Made by a program: the position numbers and the translations under genes. DNA of 63,933 nucleotides, the filler included, from Mitosporidium daphniae (lineage: Eukaryota): the NCBI RefSeq assembly GCF_000760515.2. It is 3 parts of 3 records of this genome, joined end to end, with 100 filler letters (N's around TTAATTAATTAA, not from the genome) between each part and the next. Parts side by side here need not be neighbours in the genome. Positions count along the whole stretch, not along the records: positions 21,901 to 43,669 come from NW_013546140.1; 2 more parts are not named here. One strand, written 5' to 3'. The notes under the pieces were generated by a model. That model was not told the DNA's origin. It ran no database searches and saw nothing but the letters and a program-made list of their open reading frames with translations. Every line of letters begins with the position of its first letter. Positions within the stretch are counted from its first letter, which is position 1. Positions 22,606-33,875 of the stretch are shown in pieces.

Positions 22606-24345
22606 TCAGTTACTTTGAGCTCTTCTCTTTAAAACATGAGCCATCAAAGCGCAAGTGGAGGAATCAGCATGTGGGCCGACCGTGCCTTTTACTAATTCGG
22701 CATCAATGGCGGTGGCAAGGGTCTTTCCTAATTCAACACCCATTTGATCATAAGAATTGATATTCCATACATGGCCCTGGACAAAAATCTTGTGCTCATA
22801 GGCTGCAATCAGACAGCCAAGCACCTCGGGGGTTAGTTCGTCATAAAGGAAGACGGTGGTTGGACGGTTTCCCTTGAAAGCCTTATGAGGATTCTGCGAA
22901 GACGGCAAAGACACGGGTGAAAAGTTATTCTCAGCATCATAGCAGTTTCCCATCATCATCGCCTCGGCTTGGGCCAGCATGTTAGCAACCAAAACCTGGC
23001 GGTGGCGGTCATGGGATTCCAAATGAACAGAAGGATGACGAGGCGCAAAGATTCCACCAATCAGATCACAAGAGATAATATTTGTGCCCTGATGCAAGAG
23101 TTGATAAAAGGCATGCTGGCCATTGGTTCCGGGCTCACCCCACACGACAGGCCCGGTCTTCCAATTTACATACACATCTTCTCCTGTGGACACCATTTTG
23201 CAAGCGCTTTTTCCATTGGACTCCATGTCTGCTTGCTGGAGGTATTTTGGGAACAGGCCCAAGTTTTGCTCATAAGGCAAAATGGCAAGCGAATTCAGAT
23301 TCATAAAGTTGTTGTACCAGATTCCAAGAGCCGCCATAAGGATTGGAATGTTTTCTTCCAATGGAGCCTCTAAAAAGTGCTTGTCCATAGCTCGGGCACC
23401 GGCCAATAGACGCTCAAAATTTTGATAGCCTATGGCAATTGAAATTGACAAGCCAACTGCGGACCAAAGAGAGTAACGGCCACCAACCCAATCCCAAAAT
23501 TTAAAGATGTGCAAGTCGTCCACTTGGATGCCGAATGCTTTTACAGCTGGTTCGTTTGTCGATACTGCCACAAAATGGTGTCCAATTGCACTTTGGTTTC
23601 CGTTGCACGATGAAAGGAACCAGGAGCGAGCGGTCTGCGCATTTAGCATCGTTTCGGCCGTGGTAAAAGTCTTTGAAACAATAATGAAAAGCGTGGTTTC
23701 CGGATCGCACTTTGCTAACGCTGCTTCCATGTCAGCTCCATCAACATTTGAGACATAGTAGATACTGAGTTTTGGGTTGATCAAGTGAGCCAAAGCGCCG
23801 CTTACCATTTTTGGCCCAAGATCAGATCCTCCAATTCCGATATTAACAATGGAGGTGATTGGCCGTCCAGTATGTCCCAACCATGTACCTGCATTAACAG
23901 CATCAGAAATGGCCTTCATTTTTTTTAGCTCTGCAGAGATCATTGGTCCAAGATCAACTTTGGATCCGCTGACCTCGGCGAAAAAGGAGGGTGACTCTCT
24001 TGAGAGTGCTCTTAACGCCACATGAAGGACGGAACGGCCCTCAGTGGAATTTATAGGTGCACCGGCAAACATGGCGTCACGGGCAGACTCAATCTTGGCT
24101 TCCTTTAATAGAGAGATAAGTGCAGACTTGATTTCATCTGTGATCATGTTTTTGGAGTAATCCACATACAACTCATTGGCCCCTGGTAGCTGGAGAGAAA
24201 CCGCATATTTGCTAGAACGTGAGGGATCCTCATGGAAGAGTTGAGGCATAAAAAGTTTGCCCTTACTTAAGGTTTCGAGAATCTTCCAGCTTGGATAAGA
24301 AGTAGGCGAAGCCGTCGTCGGAACGTTAGATGCCACCGATGTCAT
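22606..24345 (-). CDS. PGI1: Glucose-6-phosphate isomerase
   Basis: NIGIGGSDLGP, SKTFTT.ET, FWDWVGGRYSLWS, QQADMESNGK, GTNGQHAFYQL.HQGT, DQMGVELGK; first ATG at 24345. Confidence 0.97.
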   Translation of the reverse strand: MTSVASNVPTTASPTSYPSWKILETLSKGKLFMPQLFHEDPSRSSKYAVSLQLPGANELYVDYSKNMITDEIKSALISLLKEAKIESARDAMFAGAPINSTEGRSVLHVALRALSRESPSFFAEVSGSKVDLGPMISAELKKMKAISDAVNAGTWLGHTGRPITSIVNIGIGGSDLGPKMVSGALAHLINPKLSIYYVSNVDGADMEAALAKCDPETTLFIIVSKTFTTAETMLNAQTARSWFLSSCNGNQSAIGHHFVAVSTNEPAVKAFGIQVDDLHIFKFWDWVGGRYSLWSAVGLSISIAIGYQNFERLLAGARAMDKHFLEAPLEENIPILMAALGIWYNNFMNLNSLAILPYEQNLGLFPKYLQQADMESNGKSACKMVSTGEDVYVNWKTGPVVWGEPGTNGQHAFYQLLHQGTNIISCDLIGGIFAPRHPSVHLESHDRHRQVLVANMLAQAEAMMMGNCYDAENNFSPVSLPSSQNPHKAFKGNRPTTVFLYDELTPEVLGCLIAAYEHKIFVQGHVWNINSYDQMGVELGKTLATAIDAELVKGTVGPHADSSTCALMAHVLKRRAQSN

Positions 24346-24605
24346 GTTGGTAAAATAAAAATCCAAATTTGATGATCGACCTTTGATTTCACTTATCGAT
24401 GCGATTCATTTTGCGAGTGCAATTACGATGACTTTGGTATCACGCTTTTAAATTCAAATTTGGAAGCTTTTTATGGAAAGTGAAACTTGCCAATAAATTG
24501 TGGTACAACTGGCCTCCACCTCACCATGGTCTTCGAATTTGGACCGCCATTAAACGTTTCCACGTTTCAACTGATCGGCTCACTGTAAATAAAATTTTAT
24601 TCTCG

Positions 24606-24986
24606 CTATCGTCTGGATTTGTTCAGGTGTATCTTTTCATGCCGTGCAAGTCTAGAGATGGAGGGGAAGATTTTGTCGCAACCCTTTGCCCGGCATATAT
24701 GCACCCTGCATTGTTTCTTGCTTTCTTTGTACGCCGCATTTTGGTTCGTTATAATTTGGGAAAGCAATGAATCAACCATGGGATTGTTGCTTGGTATTTC
24801 TTTTGAAGAGTGTGTAATCCCGGAAAGAAATAAAAGTGCATCTACAGCCTCTTCAGGGGAATCCATTCGAACGGCCAATGGCGCTAACCGCTTTATCGAA
24901 AACGGAGGGGACGAAGATGGCGTTGGCGACCAGCTGTTGAATAACATGGGCTTGAGCAGCAGCATATTGCGTTCTTGGGTCGTCAT
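24606..24986 (-). CDS. Small protein with one C-terminal C2H2 zinc finger
   Basis: HICRAKGCDKIFPSISRLARHEKIH. Confidence 0.65.
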   Translation of the reverse strand: MTTQERNMLLLKPMLFNSWSPTPSSSPPFSIKRLAPLAVRMDSPEEAVDALLFLSGITHSSKEIPSNNPMVDSLLSQIITNQNAAYKESKKQCRVHICRAKGCDKIFPSISRLARHEKIHLNKSRR

Positions 24987-25227
24987 TGCTAGTTTGGATG
25001 CTTTTGATCACAAAATTAGCTTAATGATCCTATAATTTTGGGCGACGTGTGAGTGGTCCTCTGCTGGACCAATGTTGCAGGAGCGATAGGAATTGCTGAA
25101 CCAATTCCATGGCATGACCAATTAAGGTTAATTAAAATTACAGTCGACTTAAATTTTACAACTTTATATTTAAATTTACAACTTGGCAACCAGATAGAGC
25201 AGATAAAACAGAGGACAACACGACCTG

Positions 25228-26745
25228 ATGATTTTTATGCAAAGGAAGCCAGCGGCCCATTCCGGAAAAGACAATGGGCTATTTTCTTGCTCTTCAACAT
25301 CGACAAATAATGAAGGTGCATCTTCTCTTTCATGGAAATTTTCGCAATGCTTTGGCGAAAGATCCGAGTCCATCGTCAATGGTTTAATTTGGATCACAAT
25401 TACCCTTTAGCTGACATTATTTCTGCCCTTGAGTTTGACGAGACCGGGGCATATTTGGCTACCGGTGATCGCGGAGGTCGTGCTGTAATTTTCAAGGACA
25501 CCCCCACAGGGTATGCGTTTTTTGCAGAGTTCCAATCCCATGAGCCAGAATTTGATTATTTGAGAAGTGTCGAAATCGACGAACAGATTAATCGGATTAA
25601 ATGGTGCAAGCAGTCAACGAGTAGGGATTTATTTCTGCTGACGACAAATGGTACCTTTTTGTGTTGTGGTTTATTGTAGACACAATAATAAAGCTCTGGA
25701 AAATTTCCAACAGACGCTCTGCGCGGTCGACTGCCTCTTCTTCTTCTTCATGTACTGCGGCAGACAGATTTGTTCCCGTTCATCAAAACTCTTATAAAGG
25801 GTCGCACTTGTTCCATATCAACTCGATATCTCCAAACATTGATGGTCTCACATTTCTGTCCGCAGATGACCTGAAGATCACTCTTTGGCAGTTGGAAAAT
25901 CCAAAAGCATTTATTTCCATGGTTGATTTGAGACCACAACCGATGGACGATATCCAGCAGGTGATCACAACGGCCATATTTCATCCACAATATACATATC
26001 AATTTCTATATGCAACCTCTCGGGGTATTATCCGAATTTGCGACACAAGGGTGTCCTCTCTGTGTGAGAGTTCTGGAGGTTATTTTACCCAACGTTTACT
26101 TTAGTGACGTTAAACAAGTGGAAACATGACGAGGACCGACATGACCCATTGAATGTGGACCGAAATCAGCCAATTCTTTTCGGGGACCTTTTTTCTACCA
26201 TTTCAGACGCCAAATTTTCTCCTTGTGGAAGATATGTGCTTGCCAGAGACTTCCATTCCCTTCAACTTTGGGACACACACAAGCTAAACAGGCCGGTGGT
26301 TGACATTCCGATACCACCAGATGTCTCAACTCGAAAACAGGTGCAGAACAAACTCCTGGACTGGTATGCAACTGAGGCCATCTTTGAGGACAAGTTTGAG
26401 TGCGGCTTTGATGGCACATCCAGGTTTGTGTACATTTGATGCTGCTTTTGCATATTTTCCATTTATTGTGTTTTCCTTGTTTTCTCGCATTAACCCTGCC
26501 CCAGATATATTCATACCGGTGCCTACAACAACATGAACTTCATTTTTGACTTGGAGGGCAATTTGGTGTCTTCGATTTTTTCGGATAAAAGCATTTTTGA
26601 GCAGAAAAAAGCGGCTCAAGCTGCTTCTCCGCCAGAGAAGGCATTTTCTTTTTCCAAAAAGGTGGTCACTAGTGTATGGAACCCAAAGGGAAACTCTATT
26701 GCCTCTGCGGCAGCGAATAACTTATTTATATTCCGAACTATCTAG
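25228..26745 (+). CDS. CDC55: PP2A regulatory subunit B55; 4 introns (e.g. 25382-25410, 25651-25679, 26424-26504)
   Basis: [71 protein letters not shown]. Confidence 0.93.
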
Positions 26746-26891
26746 TCCATATAAGTAATGATAACGAAGATAAATATGTACGCTTTGTATATACCTATCT
26801 GAACCCTCTATCGTGATATGCCTACTGTGGACAACATCTGCTTGCATTGGTGGTGTGGACTCTTCCTTTAAAAGTGGAGTTTAATAATAAA

Positions 26892-27864
26892 TCAAGATCT
26901 GTACACCGAAGAATACACAAGACTGGAGCTCTTTTCGCCCAGTCGGCGTCCATTGGGAAGGCTCACATTGGCCAAAAGAAATTCTGCCTCTGCTTCACAC
27001 ACACACCTTGCCTCATCAAACGCAAGCCATAGACTTTGGTTAGAATCGATCGTACCTTTGAAGGGTGGGATATTTCCTGGCTATTGCCTTTGCCTTTTCT
27101 GGCGAAATGGAATGGATACAACACAACTGGGAGCAATAGATATCCCCCAGGGTCAGGCCGCTTCTCCTTCCATGTTTTTTGGAAAAGATCTGGAACAGCG
27201 AAACACCTTCGACTACATTTCCAGAGTGCACAGAAACAGGCAATCCCCCGGGATTTCCTGACAATTCTGGAAAAGCGGATGGTTCTGGCTTGATTTTGAT
27301 TGACTTTTGATGCAGAGATCCTTTAATCCACCGAGTCATTGCAATCAAAAACAAGACGGTCTCCTCAAAGGAAGAGGTCCTTTGGATCAGGAACTTGTCA
27401 TGGATCATTGTGCTTGACAAAATCGAATAAAGCGATTTTTGGGTATGGATACGGGCAGATGGTGTTGCCTTCAACGAAAGCGAGAGATTTTCAATCACAT
27501 ATATGACTTTGCCTATCCCAGAATTGTGAATTCTTGCCTAAATAAAATTGGTGCCAACTGAAAAACCTTTTGCTCGTCGTATCGCCCATCAATAATACTG
27601 GAGTATAAATCGTTTTCTCGCTTTCTCTCAACCAAATAGTCAAGTACAATTTCAACTGGATTTTCTACCGCTAACTATTAATCCCACATGTTCACCTTTC
27701 TCCCTACATAGCCACAAAAAATCTCCAATGGGAAGCGTTCGCATTGAATATGCAATATTATGGGCAGCTAGAGTGGTTTGCAGCGTAAGCAATGCGCCTC
27801 TCTGTAAGCACGCTTCCCTCTGGTCAATAACAAGAATCAAATCATAATTGCCATAAGCAAGCAT
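26892..27864 (-). CDS. MUS81: Mus81 structure-specific endonuclease, minimal (ERCC4 + C-terminal HhH), 296 aa, 3 introns
   Basis: LVIDQRE, L.IGDFLW, VERKR.NDL..SIIDGRY.EQK.R, Y.IE, and QL..I..IS.EKA.AI..KYPT...RRLG...S after splicing (introns of 31, 29 and 22 nt). Confidence 0.85.
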
Positions 27865-27911
27865 AAAGTCTTGCAGAAATAAGTTTGCGATGAAAATTTT
27901 AATTTAAAGGG

Positions 27912-28913
27912 TTAGGGTTGGCTGCCAACAGCCAGTGATTTAACAGCAGCGGCCTGTTCAAAGTTTTTATACGACCTTTTTTCGTATTTTCGCAACGAAT
28001 ACTTTCGCTTTTTGAGCGAAGGCACTCTAACCTCAACAAGACGGTTTTGTTGTAATTTCTTGAACTGGTCAACAAATGGTGCCGTGGCTGAGCATTCGAT
28101 AGCTCTCAATGAAGAGGGGATTTCCGAGTTCAGGAAAACTGGGAAAATCGGCTTTTCGAACTTTTTAACGTCCTTTCCGAATTTTTTGGGTTCTCGCTTA
28201 GATTTTGGTTTGAGCAAGATTTGAGAAGATAGCTTTTCGATGTTGTCGATTTGGAAATTCAACTTTTTAAGTTCTTTCTTCCTGATTGCATTTTGGATGC
28301 ACTCTCGTTCTCGTCGGCGTGCAGCCTTTTTTGATTGTGAAATACGCTGGCTTTGTCTAGATACGGATGGTGAAGAGCTATCTGTGGGATTTTGACACTC
28401 AATTAGAGGCTCATTGTCTGCACTCTGGCCAGCACCAGATGAAGGCATTTGCAGATCTGCTGCTGGAGTGATGGGCAAGCAAATCCGGGTGTTTTTGGCG
28501 TGTGAAAAAAGCTCCTTATTTGATTTTCTTCCAACTTCTCTAATAAGAGCCATTGCCAATGCCTCTTTATGATGTTTTTTTGAGGGATTATATGAAGCGC
28601 CAGGGTGCAAGGCTTCAGGGATCGTTCTTTGGACCAGTGGGGCTTTAAATACAGTATCGGAGCTAGATGTAGGTTTAGTGACACAGTTCCAAATATCTGT
28701 AATTGTGGGTTTGATCGGTGCAACCTTGATGGGCTTCCCCAAGTCCTTGGAATTTTTTTGCTTCTTAGGCTTGTTAGATGCAGATCTAGCATGGATGAGA
28801 GCAGGTGTAGATGATTGAGCACGGCAAATTTCCTCGATTCTCAAGCATTTTTTTGAATGCAAAGATGCTTTTGAGGGATCGCCCTGTTTGTCAATAAAAA
28901 AGGCCGTTTCCAT
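27912..28913 (-). CDS. NOP53: 60S biogenesis factor Nop53
   Basis: N-terminal FFIDKQGD (arch-interacting-motif-like), HPGASYNP...H...L, L.SEIP.SLR, D.F..LQ....VE.R, YEKRSYK.F. Confidence 0.85.
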   Translation of the reverse strand: METAFFIDKQGDPSKASLHSKKCLRIEEICRAQSSTPALIHARSASNKPKKQKNSKDLGKPIKVAPIKPTITDIWNCVTKPTSSSDTVFKAPLVQRTIPEALHPGASYNPSKKHHKEALAMALIREVGRKSNKELFSHAKNTRICLPITPAADLQMPSSGAGQSADNEPLIECQNPTDSSSPSVSRQSQRISQSKKAARRRERECIQNAIRKKELKKLNFQIDNIEKLSSQILLKPKSKREPKKFGKDVKKFEKPIFPVFLNSEIPSSLRAIECSATAPFVDQFKKLQQNRLVEVRVPSLKKRKYSLRKYEKRSYKNFEQAAAVKSLAVGSQP

Positions 28914-29036
28914 TGCAAGTGGAGCTTTTCGGCTATTTGTCAAAAAATAAATTCAACGCACAAAATTACAAAATAACAACCCTAATTTGAATTGAGCAGC
29001 TTTGCATATTGCAATTTTTATCAATTTTCCAGGTGC

Positions 29037-29881
29037 ATGTTGGAGGCAAAGTTATCTGATTCTCAAGTCTTCAAAAGGATTGTTGAGGCCATTAAGGACC
29101 TCGTAAACGAGGCAAACTTTGACTGCAATCCCTCTGGAATCACGCTTCAAGCTATGGATTCTACCCATGTGGCCCTGGCCACGTTGCTTATGCGTGCTGA
29201 CGAGTTTGAAAGCTTCAGATGCGATCGCAATATCCCGCTTGGCATCAACTTGTCGTCGCTTACCAAGATCCTGAAAAGCGCCAATGCATCTGACTCCATC
29301 ACGCTCAGGGCCAAAGACTCTGGCGACTCATTAAGCCTGATGTTCGAATCTCCAAGTAATCATTGCGCATGCTTTTATTTGTATAGACGAAGACCGTACG
29401 TGTGAATATGACCTCAAACTGATGGCGTTGGATACCGAGCATTTGGGCATTCCAGAGCAACCCTACGATGCCATGATTGGGATGAATTCGAACGAGTTCC
29501 AGAGAATTGTTAGAGACCTTTATTCGCTGAGCGAATCAGGTATGTTTGACACACACGTAATGCCCCCGCCCTCTAGTAAATATTTCAGTCAGCTCGGAGC
29601 ATATAAAGTTTGAGGCCAAAGGCGAAATCGGATCCGGCTCGATTTCTCTTAAACCCAGAGACACCGTTGACAAGGATAAAGAGGCCGTCAATCTTTCTGT
29701 ATCAAAAAACGCATTTACAACGCTTTCGTTAAAGTTTCTTTCCATCATCTCCAAGGCATGCCCTCTTTCTGACCGCGTTATTATTGGAATTTGCGAAGAA
29801 CAGCCTGTTTCGATTGAATTCAAAATTGGTCAGCATGGATACCTCCGTTATTACTTGGCTCCCAAAGTTGGCGAAGAATAA
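29037..29881 (+). CDS. PCNA: PCNA sliding clamp, 258 aa; introns 29356-29386 and 29540-29576
   Basis: [43 protein letters not shown]. Confidence 0.97.
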
Positions 29882-29992
29882 ATTGTCACCTGTTTTAAAT
29901 TTTAAACGCACTTTGGGTTGTATTTATTCGGTCCGTCGGGGTTCCACATGTTGTATGGACAACAAAATGATTTAAAAATACAAAATTTAATA

Positions 29993-32900
29993 TCAAAGGG
30001 GCGAATGAAAGTCAATAATATCCTCGACAAAGAGGGCCTTTTGATCATGTTCATGCGATACCACGTTAAAGCTTACTCGTAATCGCAACCGAAGCGCCCC
30101 GGTAGACTTGAGAGGGTCTTTAAATCTAATTACTTGAAACATGCGTTCATTTCCGGATATCTTTGAGCAGGAGGGCTTCTCAAGGATAAGATTAATGCCC
30201 TACCATGAAAAACAAAGTTGCTACCTTCAGCGAGGCCACCTCAATAGATATTGCTTCATAAATTGCCGTCGATGTGGTTGAGGTTTCAACAGAAATCCTG
30301 CACGCTGCCATGCTTGGTGTTCCGCCGAATTGAGTGATATATAAAAGGAGCCCCTCTTTTTCATAAATCAGCCATTCCCCCAGGGATCCCATCAATCGAG
30401 CTTCCTTTACAAATGATTTTGGGGATTCCGAGTAGTCTGGAGATTGACTTGAATGTGAAAATACGGTATCTCTGTCAATAGAAATATAGGAGGGAGCATG
30501 TGTCGAGGAAATTGGACTAGAAGGCCCAGATGCTATGGATCGACTCCTACTTGAGTCTCTCAAGGATGGGGAATTCTTTCTACCAGGAGAAGCTGGAATG
30601 GGAGAAAGTCCTCTGTCGCTGAGGACAGGCGAAAGCCCTCTGTCGCTAAGGACAGGAGAAAGGCCTTTGTTGCTAACGACAGGAGAATGACTTTTGTTGC
30701 TGAGGACAGGCGAAAGCCCTTTGTTGCGGAGGACAGGAGAGAGTCCTCTGCTGGAATCTGTAAAGTCGGCAGATGATAGCGATGAGGTGATCGATTTCAT
30801 TGGCTCAAATTTCAACTGTGCAAATAGGTTCTTGGGGTCGATAAAAATTTACACTGCTTACTTGGATTGAGGAGCTGGCGCCCTCCAGAACGGGAAGAGA
30901 GATTCTGGCCTCGCTTTTTATTTCGATTTGCCGCAAAGGGATCATGTCAAAGATTTCTTCTCTTTGCGAGGCGCTAAATTGCTTGATAATTGCGAAAATG
31001 TTCCGGGCCAGCTGCCTCAAATCTGAATCGTCAGTTGCGGGTTTTGCATTCAAGTAGCGGTAAATCTGGCTTAGAAAATCTTGGCTGTTGTTTTTACAAG
31101 TGTCCACGTCAAACCCCCCATCATTGGTACCGGATCGAGCAGAAAGCTTCCCAATCGCAATAAAGACATATTGAGCAAGTGGCAGGGAAAGCTGAAATTA
31201 ACAACGCAAAATGCTCACCTCTTTGCCGGATACCATGGCCCCAAGAAGCGACAACACTTGATCGGGAGTTGGAATATTGCCATCCAACAAATGGCCCTCA
31301 TGGAAAAACGGCCCTGGAGCAAGAAGATGGCCATACTCTCCAATGATATAAACCAAGGCAATGATAACCTAAAAATGTCAGCAAAAAGCTTTTCCAACCG
31401 AAGCCCCATCATTGACCTTTGAAAGAGACGCAGCTGCACGATGTACGGCATATCTTTGAATGCTTGCATCTGCTGCCAAGTGACGCGAAAGGATAGATAT
31501 GGCCTTTTGAGGAGCATCATCATAGCATTCTTCACGAAGTGGAATGGACTCCAGAATCTTAAGGAGCATGTCTACAAAAAGCTTAGACCCAATCTCCAAC
31601 GAATATTTCTCAATGGCCATGATAAGCCGTTCCGGAAGAGTAAGAAAGGAAGAGGGCAAAAGAAGGTGGCCATTCTGAACGTGGACGTTGAGGCTTCCAG
31701 ACCCGGTGAAAAAATAGTTGTTATTACTCAACACATCCAATAAAACTTCGAGCAGTTTGGGGATATTTTCCGGGTACTCGTGAGGATCTAAAAATATCCC
31801 AAAAATAACGTCGATGGCTTTTGCAACGATTCCAAAATCCGAATCGGTGAGACATGCCTGAATGGACGATAATATTGCATTGAGTGAGCTCTTTGGGATT
31901 TTGTTCATCGAAAATGACTTTAGCAGCAAGTTGAGGGCAACATACCTCCCGTTGTTGTTACTGCTGTTATTGGAGTTTGAATCGTCACACGCCCTTAAAA
32001 AGGACACTCCAAGAGCCTCTAATGCCCGCTCTGTTAGATTTGAATCTCCATTCAGAGCGAGAACGGTCTGAATGCACTCATATCTTACCGCTAGGGCGGC
32101 CCCGAAAACTTTTCCCGCCCCCGAAAGAATATGCAAAAGACATTCGGTCAAATCGGGCGTAGATCTGCCCAATATCCTCAATACTCGAAGTATGGAAACC
32201 TAAATTGTAAATGCTTCAAAAAACCTGGAGAAACGGATCCGTCGTACCGCCTACATCGTATTCTGGAAAAGAGGAGGAGAACAACAACGAGCTCAAAACC
32301 CTAACTAGAAGGGGGGCCAATTTTTTTAGCTCTAAGAAAATAGGGGTCCCCACAGACCGAAGTGCCAATTCTGAAATCAGTGCACAAGAGGAAAGCAGAA
32401 CACCATGATTTCGGTCAGAAAGAAGAGGCCTGGTACGTTCGAGTATCATTTCGTAAAGTCCATCTTGCCGCAGCGATGCATCTGAAAGGGTGCGGATCAT
32501 TTTAAGAACCGCGAGAACCGCCTAAATGATAAGCATCATGATTTTAAAGGGGCTGAAATGGAAAACAAACTCGTAATTCAAGCACATGAATTGAAAGGAA
32601 TTTCAACAAGCAACATTGGGAAAAAGGATCCCAAGAAGCCCGCGTTTCAATCGAAAAAAACGAAATGGAGAAAAATCGGTACCTTTTTCAGAATGTATGC
32701 ATTGGGGACGTTGAGAAGCCGCAGAAGCTCTGTGGAAAGCTCTTGTGCCATGCCACTTGTAAGCAGAGACGCCAATGAAGTTAGGGCAAGCCCAGTCACA
32801 TACATCGAACATCCATTTGAGGACAAAGTGGGGAGGGAAGGCATTCCCCCGCTCAAGTCGCTCTTGAAGGAGTTTGTTGCTAGCACTAGCGTTTCTTGAG

Positions 32901-33312
32901 AACTATCCAATAGCAAAGATATGCCCAAATGGCCAAGCCGCTTGTCGGCAAAATTGGGCGATGCCATAAGCTTCAACGCATCCAATTGCCCAAAGGCAAC
33001 TGAAATACCCCCATGTGCCGCGGTCAGCAATTGAATGCAAAGCAACTTTGCCAAAGCCCGATATCTCTTCTTTTCCTTCCCGCGAGAGATAGAGGTGTTT
33101 TGCAATGCCATGCGAATTTCAGCCGCCTCTCTTGAAATCAAATCCCGCTCTTCGGCAGCGGTCTTGCAGTTTCGAATGGCTCGAATAAGGCTTTTTACGG
33201 ATTTGTATGAATTTGAATCCGTTTTTGCCATCATGGCCGCCCTTGTAACTGGTTTCTTCCTGCCCAATGAGAGTGATCTTGAGAGAATGGATTCTGCAGA
33301 TGAGGATGACAT
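29993..33312 (-). CDS. APL4: AP-1 adaptor gamma subunit, multi-intron
   Basis: LIRAIR..KTAAEER, FGQ...LKL.ASP.F.DKRLG.L, PEYDV.G..DPFLQ, NN.RYVAL; Ser/Pro hinge and C-terminal ear ending LRLRVSF. Confidence 0.85.
30601..30752 (-). repeat. About 5.5 copies of a 27-bp coding repeat (GLSPVLSDR-like) in the gamma-adaptin hinge
   Basis: Translation RGLSPVLRNKGLSPVLSNKSHSPVVSNKGLSPVLSDRGLSPVLSDRGLSP. Confidence 0.9.
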
Positions 33313-33318
33313 TGCATA

Positions 33319-33419
33319 AATTTAAATTCTTCCCTGGACTTTAGTTCCAATTTAAATTCTTCCCTGGACTTTAGTTCCAATTTAAATTCTTGCCAGGACT
33401 TTAATTCCACTTTAAATTC
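33319..33419. repeat. 30-bp tandem repeat (~3.4 copies) immediately upstream of APL4
   Basis: AATTTAAATTCTTCCCTGGACTTTAGTTCC x2 exact, then a diverged copy and a partial copy. Confidence 0.92.
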
Positions 33420-33536
33420 AATTAATTTTAGTTTCACATCGTGAGTTGCAACTCGCCTAAACGTTCGCCAATCAGCAGAGGTTTCGCTTTTTATTTTACA
33501 TCTTCCCTGAAATCTTTCACCTGACCACCTGCCACC

Positions 33537-33830
33537 ATGAATGCGAAGCGAGTTTTTATTCCTCTACTTTTTGGGCTTCTTTTTTTTGTAGCCATACTAT
33601 CTGCATATAATCCAGACGCTCAACTCAAAAAAGACATGCTTCCACAGGAAGATATCAAGCGCCTACTTAAGGCCACGCAGCATCTTCTCAGAGTAGCCGA
33701 GAGGACAGGCTGGCGCCCATGCTTAGAGGGACTTATGAACTATTTCGTTTCAAAATTTCTTCCCTCTGAAGATGGAAGCAACACCATGGAAAAAGATTTT
33801 TTTTCTAGAAATAATGACCCCGGGCTCTAG
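33537..33830 (+). CDS. Small orphan protein with N-terminal signal/TM segment
   Basis: 97 aa; KR followed by hydrophobic VFIPLLFGLLFFVAILSA; GCCACC-ATG context; AATAAA downstream. Confidence 0.55.
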   Translation: MNAKRVFIPLLFGLLFFVAILSAYNPDAQLKKDMLPQEDIKRLLKATQHLLRVAERTGWRPCLEGLMNYFVSKFLPSEDGSNTMEKDFFSRNNDPGL

Positions 33831-33875
33831 CAGCAGCGATGGATGGATGTACTTAATAAAATTTTATTATCTTAA

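Noticed and set aside
33319..33419. 30-bp repeats as a possible CRISPR array; ORF 33231-33437
   Set aside because: Head-to-tail units without spacers in a eukaryotic context with no cas genes; the ORF is a by-product of the repeat.
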